A stretch of DNA of 64,000 bases from Candidatus Terrybacteria bacterium RIFCSPHIGHO2_01_FULL_43_35 (lineage in GTDB: Bacteria > Patescibacteriota > Minisyncoccia > Terrybacterales > GWB1-40-14). This document shows positions 38,902 through 49,403 of this stretch, piece after piece; position 1 is the first letter of the stretch, and the number at the start of each line of letters is the position of its first letter. The notes below the pieces were generated by a model. The model saw nothing but the letters and a program-made list of their open reading frames with translations. It ran no database searches and was not told the origin of the DNA. The DNA lies in contig MHSR01000013.1 of assembly GCA_001822815.1 (NCBI GenBank), forward strand, positions 149,093 through 213,092. The letters run 5' to 3'. The position numbers and the translations under genes are program-made.

Positions 38902-39735
38902 ATGCCAGAGTTGCCGGAAGTTGAAATAACAATGAGAAAGCTTGCGCCCAAGATTTTGAGGCGCAAAATAATTTCTTTCTATAGCGATTGGCCGCGAGGC
39001 TTACATAGTCATTATTCTTTAGATAAATTGTCCAAAGACTTGCGTGGCAGGAAAATACTTCGACTTTCGCGTATCGGCAAAGTTATCTTTCTGCATTTGT
39101 CAGGTCAAAATTCTCCGCGCATAGCCTTTCATCAGCGTATGTCTGGACGCCTGCTTATTTTGGATGACAGCGATTTTACGGTCAACGCTAAACATATCAG
39201 GATAAAACTGGGCTTGTCTGGTAGTAAAATTTTGGCGTTTGTGGATCCGCGCAAATTCGGCATCATGTGGTACGGTTCATCGGAGCATCTGGACAAATAC
39301 AGTTATCTGCAGAAATTAGGGCCGGACGCGTTAAGCTTATCAAAGAAATATTTTTATAACGCATTGAATAATAAAAGAATCGGTATTAAAGCTTTTTTGT
39401 TAAGGCAGGATATTTTGGCCGGCGTGGGCAATATTGTAGCCGATGAAGTTTTGTGGGAGGCAAAAATAAATCCGCAACTCAAGAGTAATTCCTTAAGCAT
39501 TAACCAGAAAAATTCTTTGTTTTTGGCCATTAAAAAAGTATTAAAGCGCAGCATAGCTTTAGGCGGTAGTTCCATGCGCGATTGGGTACACCCTGACCAA
39601 GATAGGGGATCATATCAAGATAATTGGCGGGCTTACGGCCGTGCGGGCAAAAAATGCTTCAGGTGCGGCACAATTTTAAAACGCGCCATTATTGCCGGCA
39701 GGGGTACAGTATTTTGCGTCCATTGCCAGAAATAG
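38902..39735 (+). CDS. mutM: Formamidopyrimidine-DNA glycosylase (Fpg)
   Basis: N-terminal MPELPEVE, DPRKFG, GVGNIVADE, C-terminal zinc finger CFRC...FCVHCQ. Confidence 0.97.
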   Translation: MPELPEVEITMRKLAPKILRRKIISFYSDWPRGLHSHYSLDKLSKDLRGRKILRLSRIGKVIFLHLSGQNSPRIAFHQRMSGRLLILDDSDFTVNAKHIRIKLGLSGSKILAFVDPRKFGIMWYGSSEHLDKYSYLQKLGPDALSLSKKYFYNALNNKRIGIKAFLLRQDILAGVGNIVADEVLWEAKINPQLKSNSLSINQKNSLFLAIKKVLKRSIALGGSSMRDWVHPDQDRGSYQDNWRAYGRAGKKCFRCGTILKRAIIAGRGTVFCVHCQK

Positions 39736-39779
39736 GATTCAAAGAGCGTGTTATAATAATCAGCAAAGAGGGGAAAGAC

Positions 39780-39974
39780 ATGGAAGGCGACAAAAAATCC
39801 ACTGGAACCGTTTATAATTTCTGTGAATCATGTGATGCTTGTCCTGTTTCTGAAGAGGCCTTAATCGAAAACAATAGCGGTCTAATTCTCCGCGATGATT
39901 TTGGCGGAGAAGTTAAGCTTACCGATAACCAGCTTAAAGACTTCGCGGCATTTTTGGTCAAGCGTTTCAAATAA
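39780..39974 (+). CDS. Small CxxCxxCP protein
   Basis: FCESCDACP...DDFGGEVKLT; SD gagggg. Confidence 0.7.
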   Translation: MEGDKKSTGTVYNFCESCDACPVSEEALIENNSGLILRDDFGGEVKLTDNQLKDFAAFLVKRFK

Positions 39975-40013
39975 GTACGGTAAACGCGCCATTTTTGTGA
40001 TATAATATAATTT

Positions 40014-42098
40014 ATGGAGAACAATCAACCAATGCCGAGCGCGGCTGCGCCGGAAGGCAAGCTCACGGCCAAAACGCGCGGTATATTCTTTTTTGTAGTA
40101 CTTATTCTTTTCGGCATATTTGCTGTCGGATTGAAGTGGATATTCTCGGTTAGTCCAGGCAACGCGCCTTTTTTCTTATTTGACTACGCCGTCGGCTTGT
40201 CCATGATTTTTTTGCCCTGTACGTTGCCTTTGGCTTTTGTCATTGTTCCCTTGGCAATGGGTAAGGGTTATGCGCGGGGATTAGGCATAGCAATTTCTTT
40301 CGGTATCGGAGTTGCCATAACCTTAAGCTTTTATGGGGCTTTAATTGGGGCATTCGGCCAAGCTTTGGGTGTATCTAAAGTTGAATTAGCCAAAAACATT
40401 CTTTATACAATAGCTGGTTTCATGGCCATATTTTTTGCTTTGGGTGAGATAGGCTTAACCAAATTCCGCATGCCAACATATAGCGGGAAAATTCCCGGTT
40501 TCATTCAACGCAGGCAGGAATTTTTGAAAGCTGGACTTCTTGGATTATTCTTGGGTAATGTCGGTGTAGGTTGTCCGAATCCGTTGTTTAATGCGGTAAT
40601 AATTCCACAAATAATAGCAACGGGCAGCGTATTCCAAGGTTGGCTTATAATGTTTGTTCAGGCCCTGGGACGCTTCACGCCCCTTTTACTTCTTGCCATG
40701 TTGGGCATTTTGGGCGTTAACGCAACCGCGTTTCTTGTAAGCAGGCGGGGAGTCGTTGAGCGCGCGACAGGATGGGCGACGGTTTTTGTGGGTGGTTTTA
40801 TGCTGACATTGGGCTTGTTTACCCACGATTGGTATGTTTATTCGGGCATTCATACGCTTCTTGAACAATTGACACAAGAAGAAACGATCACAAATATTTT
40901 GGGACAGAGGGCCGGACTGCTGGGACACGCGCATACATTTCCTAGCGGTACTGGAATATTGGGGCAACCACTTTCGTGGGGTTCGTGGTTCATGGTGGCA
41001 ATATGGCTGATACCCATATTTTGGTATTGGTTCCTAAAAAAGAAAGACTTCAAAGCGCTTCCAGAAAGCGAAAAAGCAATGCAAGGTAGCGTTTTTAAGT
41101 GGATGACATCTTATTTAATAACGCTTTCTGTTTTGTTGGTCCTTGTTTTCGGATATTTTTTGCCTTATAGATTCAAGAACATGAATATGATGGAGGGGAT
41201 GCACAATGACATGGAAATGAGCGCTGTTCCAGTCATCAAGGCTTTTCTTGCCGCAACCCCCGGACCGCTAGAAGTAAATATTCCAACTCGCTTAGCTTTC
41301 AATTTTCTGGACGACAATGACAAGATTTTAACCGGTATTCAAGCGGGGCACGAAAGCGTAATGCATATTTTCATAGTAAAAGACGATTTCAGCGTCTTTG
41401 CTCATTTACACCCCGAAGATTCTGAACCCATAACACAAGAAATGCTTGATAACGCAGTCTTTGCTGTTAACTATACATTCCCGAGTGAGGGTAATTGGCG
41501 CATTCTTGCGCAGATTGTGCACGAGGATCACGAAATCGTTAAAGACTTCGGCAGCTTTTCGATAGGTAGGCATAGCGGCACAAACACCCTAACCACAGAT
41601 CTTTCCAGGGAAAAATTCTTCGGGCAGAGCGAAGAATATCGCGTGACGATCTCTTCTAATCCGGCAAAAATAATAGCCGGCCAGCCGGTAAAGCTAGATT
41701 ATTATATTGAAAAGGACCGCCAGCCGGTGATGGACATAGTTCCTTATCTTGGAGCGGCCATGCATTTTGCTATCTGGAGCATAGATCAGGAAACCTTTAG
41801 CCACGACCACGGAATGCTTGAAGGTGAAACAACAGACGAGCATCACGGTACTCTACTTAATACCGTTTACGCTCATGGAGAAGTGGAGCCGGCGGCAGAC
41901 GATAATCATTCGGAAACAGATGCCCTTCCCGCCGAATTTGGTCCGGATATCATTCTAAATCACACGTTCCCTTATGCCGGCTACTGGAAGATATTTGGGC
42001 AATTTAAGCGCGGCGACCAGGTTGTCATTACCGATTTTATGGTCCAGGTTTTTCCCAACCCCGTAGATATGAGAGAAGAGAGCACGCACGCGCATTAA
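40014..42098 (+). CDS. CcdA/DsbD-type TM domain fused to His-rich YtkA-like metal-binding domains
   Basis: FLPCTLP and GCPNP in TM region; MHIFIV..HLHPE, GAAMH..HDHG, FPxxGxW repeats. Confidence 0.8.
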   Translation: MENNQPMPSAAAPEGKLTAKTRGIFFFVVLILFGIFAVGLKWIFSVSPGNAPFFLFDYAVGLSMIFLPCTLPLAFVIVPLAMGKGYARGLGIAISFGIGVAITLSFYGALIGAFGQALGVSKVELAKNILYTIAGFMAIFFALGEIGLTKFRMPTYSGKIPGFIQRRQEFLKAGLLGLFLGNVGVGCPNPLFNAVIIPQIIATGSVFQGWLIMFVQALGRFTPLLLLAMLGILGVNATAFLVSRRGVVERATGWATVFVGGFMLTLGLFTHDWYVYSGIHTLLEQLTQEETITNILGQRAGLLGHAHTFPSGTGILGQPLSWGSWFMVAIWLIPIFWYWFLKKKDFKALPESEKAMQGSVFKWMTSYLITLSVLLVLVFGYFLPYRFKNMNMMEGMHNDMEMSAVPVIKAFLAATPGPLEVNIPTRLAFNFLDDNDKILTGIQAGHESVMHIFIVKDDFSVFAHLHPEDSEPITQEMLDNAVFAVNYTFPSEGNWRILAQIVHEDHEIVKDFGSFSIGRHSGTNTLTTDLSREKFFGQSEEYRVTISSNPAKIIAGQPVKLDYYIEKDRQPVMDIVPYLGAAMHFAIWSIDQETFSHDHGMLEGETTDEHHGTLLNTVYAHGEVEPAADDNHSETDALPAEFGPDIILNHTFPYAGYWKIFGQFKRGDQVVITDFMVQVFPNPVDMREESTHAH

Positions 42099-42108
42099 AG
42101 ATAATAGA

Positions 42109-42143
42109 AAATACCCAGCCCTAACTTTTAGGGCTGGGTATTT
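42109..42143. terminator. Bidirectional intrinsic terminator
   Basis: aaatacccagcccta-actt-ttagggctgggtattt. Confidence 0.8.
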
Positions 42144-42154
42144 AGTTTGGCAAT

Positions 42155-42379
42155 TTAATTCGCTGCTGGTTTTGCCGTGTAACCGACCTCTTCTACCGCC
42201 TTAACAATAGCTTCGGCCTTTATTTTTTCGTCATCATATTCAAATTCGCCAACCTTTTTATCATAATCCACAAAGGCGTTTTTTACACCGTCAGTATTGG
42301 ATAAATACATTTGTATACCGGCGGCGCACGCACCGCAATGCATGCCGCCAATATCGAACTTTTGTTTAATAATTGCCAT
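42155..42379 (-). CDS. copZ: Copper chaperone CopZ (HMA domain)
   Basis: GMHCGAC...VEEVGY; start ATG 42379. Confidence 0.9.
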   Translation of the reverse strand: MAIIKQKFDIGGMHCGACAAGIQMYLSNTDGVKNAFVDYDKKVGEFEYDDEKIKAEAIVKAVEEVGYTAKPAAN

Positions 42380-42409
42380 ATTATTTATTTTGAATGATTT
42401 TGATTTTAT

Positions 42410-42570
42410 CTCCGCATGCATTGCGGAGAGGGAGGGTCGGGGAAGAGCATCTTCCCCGTGTAGGCCATTCGGCTCTGAGAGCCTCAGGCTCGAATGAGAA
42501 AATATTAAAAACCGCGGGTTTTTAAGGAGGAACGAGCTTGCGAGTGACGACAGCAAGGCATTCCTCCGAT
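42410..42570. repeat. Cluster of GC-rich palindromic repeats upstream of copZ
   Basis: ctccgca-tgcat-tgcggag, cggggaaga-gca-tcttccccg, cattcggctctgagagcctcaggctcgaatg. Confidence 0.6.
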
Positions 42571-42606
42571 GTCAAATTTTTGTTTTACTATAGCCATATA
42601 TTTATT

Positions 42607-43138
42607 TTAAGCCCTTCTTAGTTTAAGAGCAATAACAAAGCCGCTTATTGAGCCAATGGCGGTTGCGACAGTTAGCCACAGCGGGGGGGGTATTTCCGCG
42701 GTTGGTTTTGGCACCGCCCTTACGCTTGTTAGAAAACCAGCGTTGTGTTCTTTTCCGTCCGGAGTTTTAAATATTATATGTATGTCGTATATGCCGGTCT
42801 CGATGAATTGATAGCTGAATTCTGCCAAGCCTTCATTTAAAACAATATTATCATTTTGGAATATTGGGCCTCCATCGGGGAGAGATTTTACCTCAAAGGC
42901 TTCTATTTCTATCCTTGCAACTGGTATATCGGTAAGATAAGCGCGAGTTTGTGGGTTCAGAAATGCAAGTATGAACCCAACCTGCTCGCTTTCTAAAGGA
43001 GATAAAGGAACTGCTGATAAGGTAACCTAAAATTCCGTCCACGTACCTTTCCCAAACGCCATTCGCTAAGATAAAACCGGGAAATAAAGCAAAGGCAACT
43101 ATTAAAACGGCATATGTCGTTATGCTTCGTACGGACAT
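42607..43138 (-). pseudogene. Exported YtkA/FixH-like protein with C-terminal TM, frameshifted near 43025
   Basis: Signal peptide in one frame; a shift at ggaattttaggttacc continues VTLSAVPLSPLE...FSYQFIETGIYDIHI...TM to the stop at 42607. Confidence 0.7.
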
Positions 43139-43149
43139 TATATTTTGGC

Positions 43150-43359
43150 CTATTTTTTCTTAAGCTTGAGCCAAATGAAGTATCCTCCAGCTCCAGCGAT
43201 AGCCGCGCCAAAAATACCTACTGCGACTGGGTTTACGGAACCAGCCCTTTTTTCAAGAGTTTCAGGCTCCTCGTGAGACTGGTCGCTTTCATGTGCCATA
43301 CCAATAAGAGGAGCCGTGCTCAAGAATGCTAACGTAAGTAAAGATAATATGTAGCGCAT
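43150..43359 (-). CDS. Small exported His-containing membrane peptide
   Basis: Signal peptide then AH-ESDQSHEE and a C-terminal TM; 17 nt after the copA stop. Confidence 0.7.
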   Translation of the reverse strand: MRYILSLLTLAFLSTAPLIGMAHESDQSHEEPETLEKRAGSVNPVAVGIFGAAIAGAGGYFIWLKLKKK

Positions 43360-43376
43360 GCTTTTGTATCAATATT

Positions 43377-45824
43377 TTAACTCTTCATCTCTGTTCGAGC
43401 AAACGCCGGTTCCCTATAACGCTTAAGAAGCAGGGAATTGGCCACCACCGAAACCGAAGAGAAGGCCATGGCAAAACCAGCTATTTCTGGCCGCAAAGCA
43501 GTTTGCGAGAAAGTTAAGAAGAAAGATCCCAGCCAATTGCCGGCCGCGGGTATATTGCCAAGCCATTGAGAGAAGGTCATTACCCATGCGGCGGGCTCAA
43601 CGATAGTTCCTGTTGAGTGTGTTGTGATCAAAATATGCATGCCGCTTGCCACAGGTATCGCCACGATATTATAAACAAAAGCCCAGAAGAAATTTTCCCA
43701 AATCTTGCGCACTGTTTTTCTGGAAAGATCTATGGCCGTGACAACATCACGAAGATCATCTTTAATCAGAATTATCTCTCCGGTTTCAACGGCCACGTCC
43801 GTTCCAGAACCCACCGCGATTCCTAAATTTGATTTTGCTAAAGCCGGCGCATCGTTAATGCCGTCTCCGACCATGGCTACATTTTTACCTTGTTTTTGAA
43901 GATCGGTAATCAATCCCTCTTTGTTTTGCGGAAGAACCTTTGCAAAATATTTGTCTATGCCTAACTCTTTTGATATGGCCTGAGCGGTTTTTTCATTGTC
44001 GCCGGTTATCATTATTATCTCCTTTTTCATTTTCTTAAGCTCGGCGATGGCCTCTTTGGCAAAAGGCTTAAGCGTGTCGGCAATCCCCAAAATACCTATA
44101 AGTTTGTTGTCATAGACCACATATACTACGGTTTTTGCTTCGTTTTGTAGCCTGTCAGAATCTGCAACTTGAGCGGTAATGCCGATACCATTTTCTGTCA
44201 TAAAGGTATCATTGCCTACCAGCAGTATTTTGGCTTCAACCATTGCACTAATACCTTTTCCTGAAACAGCTTTAAAGTTTTCAACTGCGGGCAATATCTG
44301 TTCTTTTGCAGCCTTAACAACGGCTTTTGCAAGAGGGTGCTCCGAACCCTTTTCTGCCGCGGCAGCAAGACGGATAAGCTCATCTTTTGAGATATTCTCA
44401 CCGACAGGAATGATGTCGGTAACGTCAGGCTCACCCTTGGTTAGCGTGCCGGTTTTATCAAAAGCTACAGCAGTAATTTTATGCGCTTTCTCTAAAGCTT
44501 CGGCTCCCTTGATTAAAATTCCCGACTCGGCTCCTCTTGCGGTACCGACCATAAGAGCTGTCGGTGTCGCAAGACCAAGGGCGCATGGACAGGAAACCAC
44601 CAAAACCGCAATTGCAAAGAGTAAAGACGGCGTGGCTGTGTATCCTTGCACGAAATACCAAAACGCAAAAGTGATTATCGAAAAAACAATGACTGCCGGT
44701 ACAAAACGCTCCGAAATTTTATCGGCCACGTCTTGTATGGGTGCGCGTGTAGCTTGTGCTTGTTCAACGAGGCGCACTATTTGATAAAGAAGAGTATCTT
44801 TGCCCACCTTAGAGGCTTTGCAGGTCAATAATCCATAACTGTTTACCGTTGCGCCTATTACTTCATCCCCAGCTTTTTTATTGACCGGCATTGATTCTCC
44901 GGTAACAACTTTTTCATCAATAGCCGATTCTCCAGATAAGATAATACCGTCGGTTGGAACTTTGCTGCCGGGTTTTACAATAAACGTATCATCAACCCTT
45001 AAATCATCTAAGGATATTTCCAATTCTTTACCATCGCGTACCACAACCGCTTTTTCGGGAGCAAGTTTAAGCAGCTTACGCACCGCTTCTGATACCCGTC
45101 CGCGCGATAACGCTTCAAAGTATCTTCCAAGAATAATAAACGACATTAAGGCCGCGGTGGATTCCCAGAAAGGATGGTCAAATCCTTGCCAAAAACGATT
45201 TAGAAAATCGATATCGGAGAATATAAAACCAAAGAATGACATAAAATAAGCCGCGCTGGTGCCCAAAACAACCAAAACATCCATTGAAGACGAACCGACC
45301 CGTATTGCGGTGAAGGCGTTTCTGTAAAAAGGCCAACCGACAACAAATTGTATAGGAGTCGTCATTATCCAATATATCCAGTTTAAATCAAACAAAGTTC
45401 CCCCAGCGCAACCGTTTTCTCCGCCAAACAAGCCACCGCCTCCGAAACATAGTGCGTGTATATGCGTAAGATTAAGCATATGAACCGCCATGTAGTATCC
45501 AATAATGGGGGAGGCGAGAGTAAATGACATTATCACTCTGTTTCGTAGTGAGCGTATATTCTTTTTTTGTTGTTTTTCTGCCTCCTCCTCCTCATCTACC
45601 CCTTCTTTTGGTAAAATAAGTGTATAGCCAATTTTTTTAAGTAGCTCTTCTATATAGTTTAATTTCACTTTTTCGGAGTCGTATTCTAGGGCAAGTCTTT
45701 CAGTGCCGTAATTTGCTGAAGCCGAAATTACTCCTGGCACTCGTCCCAGAGTCTTGTTGATAAGCACCGAACAAGACGCGCAGTGCATCCCCTGGACCTT
45801 GTAGTATATGTGTTCCGTAGCCAT
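43377..45824 (-). CDS. copA: Cu+-exporting P1B-type ATPase
   Basis: GMHCASC, TGES, CPCALGLATP, DKTGT, HP, GDGINDAP, YN and MxxSS. Confidence 0.97.
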   Translation of the reverse strand: MATEHIYYKVQGMHCASCSVLINKTLGRVPGVISASANYGTERLALEYDSEKVKLNYIEELLKKIGYTLILPKEGVDEEEEAEKQQKKNIRSLRNRVIMSFTLASPIIGYYMAVHMLNLTHIHALCFGGGGLFGGENGCAGGTLFDLNWIYWIMTTPIQFVVGWPFYRNAFTAIRVGSSSMDVLVVLGTSAAYFMSFFGFIFSDIDFLNRFWQGFDHPFWESTAALMSFIILGRYFEALSRGRVSEAVRKLLKLAPEKAVVVRDGKELEISLDDLRVDDTFIVKPGSKVPTDGIILSGESAIDEKVVTGESMPVNKKAGDEVIGATVNSYGLLTCKASKVGKDTLLYQIVRLVEQAQATRAPIQDVADKISERFVPAVIVFSIITFAFWYFVQGYTATPSLLFAIAVLVVSCPCALGLATPTALMVGTARGAESGILIKGAEALEKAHKITAVAFDKTGTLTKGEPDVTDIIPVGENISKDELIRLAAAAEKGSEHPLAKAVVKAAKEQILPAVENFKAVSGKGISAMVEAKILLVGNDTFMTENGIGITAQVADSDRLQNEAKTVVYVVYDNKLIGILGIADTLKPFAKEAIAELKKMKKEIIMITGDNEKTAQAISKELGIDKYFAKVLPQNKEGLITDLQKQGKNVAMVGDGINDAPALAKSNLGIAVGSGTDVAVETGEIILIKDDLRDVVTAIDLSRKTVRKIWENFFWAFVYNIVAIPVASGMHILITTHSTGTIVEPAAWVMTFSQWLGNIPAAGNWLGSFFLTFSQTALRPEIAGFAMAFSSVSVVANSLLLKRYREPAFARTEMKS

Positions 45825-45875
45825 AAAATAAAATTTTTAATAAGCAATTAAACTTAAATATTATTTGTTATTGAA

Positions 45876-46283
45876 ATGAATAAATTCAAGTTAATGTTAA
45901 TATTCGGAATCTTTTTGCTGTCTAACGGATTCATTTACCAAAAATTTTATCGTCCGGCAGAAATAGCGCCAATTAAAGAGAGCAATAAACCGCCCGTAGT
46001 TGTTGAAATGAGATCAGATGAGAATAAATGGCATTTTAATCCCGATCGCGTCGAGGTAACGGCTGGAGACAGGGTTATATTAAAGATTTATAACGAAGAC
46101 TCCTATGATCACGGCTGGGCCACAGAAGCTTTGGGTATAAACAAACGCCTTTTCCCCAAAAAAGAAACCGAAATAGAATTTGTTGCATCAAAAATTGGAG
46201 AATTTCCCTTCTATTGTTCCGTACCCTGCGGTGAAGGACACTACAGACAAAAAGGAGTATTGATTGTCAAACCACAGGATTAA
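45876..46283 (+). CDS. Cupredoxin-domain protein
   Basis: DHGW...FYCSVPCGEGH. Confidence 0.85.
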   Translation: MNKFKLMLIFGIFLLSNGFIYQKFYRPAEIAPIKESNKPPVVVEMRSDENKWHFNPDRVEVTAGDRVILKIYNEDSYDHGWATEALGINKRLFPKKETEIEFVASKIGEFPFYCSVPCGEGHYRQKGVLIVKPQD

Positions 46284-46284
46284 T

Positions 46285-46725
46285 TCATTGGTTAATTTGT
46301 GCTTTTTTCTTTTTTTTCTCGAACCAGGCATCTAAACTTAAGGGCCCAGCACCTTGAACCCACAGCGATATAAGGCCGCCGATCAAACCAAGATCACGAT
46401 TTAACGTAGGGTCTTGGCTGAAACCATATTTGGAAACTAATCCACCCAAAAAAAGCATAACAAGCATAGCGGCGCCAAGGCCCGTCCATCTTATGAATGC
46501 GCCGCTGAATAAAGAAATAGCTATTATAATTTCCATTACGCCCAAGATGTAATTCAATGCCGCGGCACCTCCTATTTTAAGATTTAAAAGGATTTGTATT
46601 TCAGCCCGACCTTGTTCTGGGCTACCTAATTTTTGCACGGCAAATAACATAAACACCACGCCTATTCCCAAGCGCAAAAATATTGGTGCGTAAGGCAATA
46701 ATTTTCCTCTAATTTTATCCAACAT
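46285..46725 (-). CDS. DoxX family membrane protein
   Basis: LRLGIGVVF..QK, E, RD, GAGPLSLD. Confidence 0.88.
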   Translation of the reverse strand: MLDKIRGKLLPYAPIFLRLGIGVVFMLFAVQKLGSPEQGRAEIQILLNLKIGGAAALNYILGVMEIIIAISLFSGAFIRWTGLGAAMLVMLFLGGLVSKYGFSQDPTLNRDLGLIGGLISLWVQGAGPLSLDAWFEKKKKKAQINQ

Positions 46726-46727
46726 GT

Positions 46728-47006
46728 TTATTTCCAGGTGAGTTCCCGCAGTTTTTTAATAAGTTCATCGCGGTTCACTCCGCCGGTAGAAAAAAGTTCT
46801 CCGTTAACGATAATTCCCGGTGCTGAAAATATGCCGAAATCAACAACCATTTTCTGCCCTTCCGGCGTTGTCGCATCTATTTTTTCCATACTCACATCGG
46901 GGAATTCCTTTTGTATATCGGGCCAAATCTTGTCAAACTGGGCACAGGCGACGCACCCCGGTACGGAAACATCTTTGAGCACTATACTTTGGCCAGCTTC
47001 ATTCAT
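46728..47006 (-). CDS. Thioredoxin/glutaredoxin-like protein
   Basis: PGCVAC, SAPGIIVNG. Confidence 0.85.
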   Translation of the reverse strand: MNEAGQSIVLKDVSVPGCVACAQFDKIWPDIQKEFPDVSMEKIDATTPEGQKMVVDFGIFSAPGIIVNGELFSTGGVNRDELIKKLRELTWK

Positions 47007-47091
47007 ATCTAATCAGTATAACATGTTTTAAGGCATTTGTTGTTTGTGGATAATACGGTTAAAATATTGGCATAAGATAGAATTTTAAATC

Positions 47092-48675
47092 ATGACAGCG
47101 TTTTTCTCTAAAAATCAAGCGCCTAAACCCAGGTATGGGGGCCAATTTTCAATTGAGCTTGTGGGATTTATCGCGAGTATTCCCGAAGCAAAACAAGCCT
47201 TTCCTGGTATTGAACAGGAAGCCAAGGCGGTTTCTGCAATGACCAACATAAAAGAACGAGAAGTTGTTGCGGCTGAATTATATACTAAAATAGAAGCTTT
47301 TTTGGTTTCAAATTATTCATTTAAATATACCGCGAATAGTTTACGTGATGAGATAAGGAAAAAATATCATCCCGAAAGGATGGGCGAAGGAGCCGCGCTT
47401 ATTTTTGTGAATGCGGATATGCGCGCGGTCGCTCTGTTTAGGATATTCGAAAACGCATTGGTTTTTAGGGCGCAACAAGCCTATGGCCGTGATACTTTTG
47501 TGGCATTGATGCGCGATAGGTTTGCCGATCAGCATTTTGCAGCGGCTTACATTAAGAATGGAGAGATGTCTTGGCAGGAGACCACCGATTTATTAGTAAA
47601 CGTGCCGCAGGGCGAGCAGAAACTACGGGCGCAAGAATTTTTTTCACACTTCAACACTTTTTTGATGAATATGCTGCGAGATAAAATTCAGGATGCCAGG
47701 ACCCAGCTTGTGTTGCAGGATTTATACCGTAATTTAAAACGCGAATACAGGTTTTTAGATGATTTTCCTATAATACTCTCTATTATTACTGATCAGAATA
47801 TACTGCGTGACGAACGCGTGGGCATGCTCAGCAGAACGGAGCTTGCTGAACAGTCGCGCATGCAGACAAAAAAAATAGAAGAAACCCTTGCCGAACTGCA
47901 GCACGAAAAGGAACAGCTAGTAACGGCTTTGCGAGACCTTGAGATATCGCAAGAAAAACTTCGAGCCTTGGATAGAGCCAAAGGACAGTTTATCGACGTG
48001 GTTTCTCATCAGTTCAGAACGCCGCTTTCTACGATACGTTGGAGCTCAGAACTTCTGCGAGAGAATTTTGGCGAAAAAATAGGCAAGGACGGAAAGACAT
48101 ATTTGGATAACGTGCGGCACAAGTCAATGTTTCTAATTAACATACTTAATGATATTTTTGATGTTTTATCGGTTGAGGGCGAGATGCTTAATCTTCAGAA
48201 GAAACCCACTCAATTGTGGGAGATTATTGAGGATAAAATAAGAATGATGGAAGCCGAAGCCGCTCAGCATAACGTAAAACTAGTCTTTGAAAAATCAACC
48301 AATGCTTTGAAAGAAGTTATGCTGGATCAATCAATCATGCAAAGGGCTCTTGAAATTTTAATACGCAACGCAATAAATTATAGTCATGATGGCGGACAAG
48401 TTATCATAAAGATGGGCGAGGAAATGATTGACAATAATAATTATGTTTGGGCCGAAATAAGCGATAGTGGTATAGGAATATCGTCTGAAGATCTACCTAA
48501 AATATTTACTAAGTTTTTCAGGGCGTCAAACGCCATCCAAAAGGTACCAGATGGTGCCGGTCTCGGGCTTTATATAGTTCGAAATATAATTGAGCAACAT
48601 GGTGGTAGGGTGGCGGTAACCTCTGAATTGAACAAGGGTTTTACTTTCCGTTTTTATATCCCAGACAAGATATAA
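47092..48675 (+). CDS. Soluble histidine kinase with uncharacterised N-terminal domain
   Basis: SHQFRTPL, NAINYS, DSGIGI, FFRA, GAGLGL; no TM segment. Confidence 0.92.
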   Translation: MTAFFSKNQAPKPRYGGQFSIELVGFIASIPEAKQAFPGIEQEAKAVSAMTNIKEREVVAAELYTKIEAFLVSNYSFKYTANSLRDEIRKKYHPERMGEGAALIFVNADMRAVALFRIFENALVFRAQQAYGRDTFVALMRDRFADQHFAAAYIKNGEMSWQETTDLLVNVPQGEQKLRAQEFFSHFNTFLMNMLRDKIQDARTQLVLQDLYRNLKREYRFLDDFPIILSIITDQNILRDERVGMLSRTELAEQSRMQTKKIEETLAELQHEKEQLVTALRDLEISQEKLRALDRAKGQFIDVVSHQFRTPLSTIRWSSELLRENFGEKIGKDGKTYLDNVRHKSMFLINILNDIFDVLSVEGEMLNLQKKPTQLWEIIEDKIRMMEAEAAQHNVKLVFEKSTNALKEVMLDQSIMQRALEILIRNAINYSHDGGQVIIKMGEEMIDNNNYVWAEISDSGIGISSEDLPKIFTKFFRASNAIQKVPDGAGLGLYIVRNIIEQHGGRVAVTSELNKGFTFRFYIPDKI

Positions 48676-48774
48676 TGTTGATGCGCAGTGTAGTTCGCAG
48701 TGCATATGTTGCGCGACACCTTTGTTTTTGTTAAAGAGGAATAAAATTAGGAGGAACCTTTAAAATGACGGATT

Positions 48775-49320
48775 TTGTCGGGGATGCTGATGGACGTACA
48801 TAATACTACTGGTAGTAAACAAGCAAGGTACATACAACATTCTTGCGGCAAAACAGTTGCCTATAGTGCCCAGGAACTTGTTTATCGCGTTACGTTGGGC
48901 AACCTCAATGCGAAAGGCACTCTTTATGGCGGTCATCCGCTTTTCATAGCCGATGGTTTTGCGGCAGAGATTGCATTACGTCATAGCGGTTTTGGATGCG
49001 ATACTCTTTTTGTGGATGGCGGGAAATTTTGGGCACCGGCTTATCTTGGGGATGTATTGATTTTTAAAGGTTCGGTTAACAGAGTCTGGGACTCTTCTTT
49101 GGAAGTAGGCGTACGCATTGTTGTGCGCCGGCCGGAAAGCGATCAAGAAGAGCATTTGTTCTCTGCCTACTTCACTTTTGTGGCTCTGGATGAAAACCGT
49201 AAACCTATTCAAGTTTGTACGGTTATCCCAGAGACCAAAGAAGAAAAAAGGCGTTTTAAAGAAGCTCAGCGTCGCAGGAATTACCGCCTGAAGCACAACA
49301 AGAAAAAGGCTTATACGTAA
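48775..49320 (+). CDS. Acyl-CoA thioesterase (hotdog fold, YciA-like); true start may be ATG 48765 with a 5' frameshift
   Basis: NAKGTLYGG, SSLEVGV, SAYFTFVALDE..P. Confidence 0.88.
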   Translation: MSGMLMDVHNTTGSKQARYIQHSCGKTVAYSAQELVYRVTLGNLNAKGTLYGGHPLFIADGFAAEIALRHSGFGCDTLFVDGGKFWAPAYLGDVLIFKGSVNRVWDSSLEVGVRIVVRRPESDQEEHLFSAYFTFVALDENRKPIQVCTVIPETKEEKRRFKEAQRRRNYRLKHNKKKAYT

Positions 49321-49403
49321 AACCGCGTCTTATGCGCGGTTTTTAAATTAATAGATGGGCGGAAGCGTGTTATCATAATAAATGAATAATTAATAATATA
49401 AAT

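Noticed and set aside
45825-46300. Invertible segment explaining the opposite orientation of the cupredoxin gene
   Set aside because: No convincing flanking inverted repeats and no recombinase nearby
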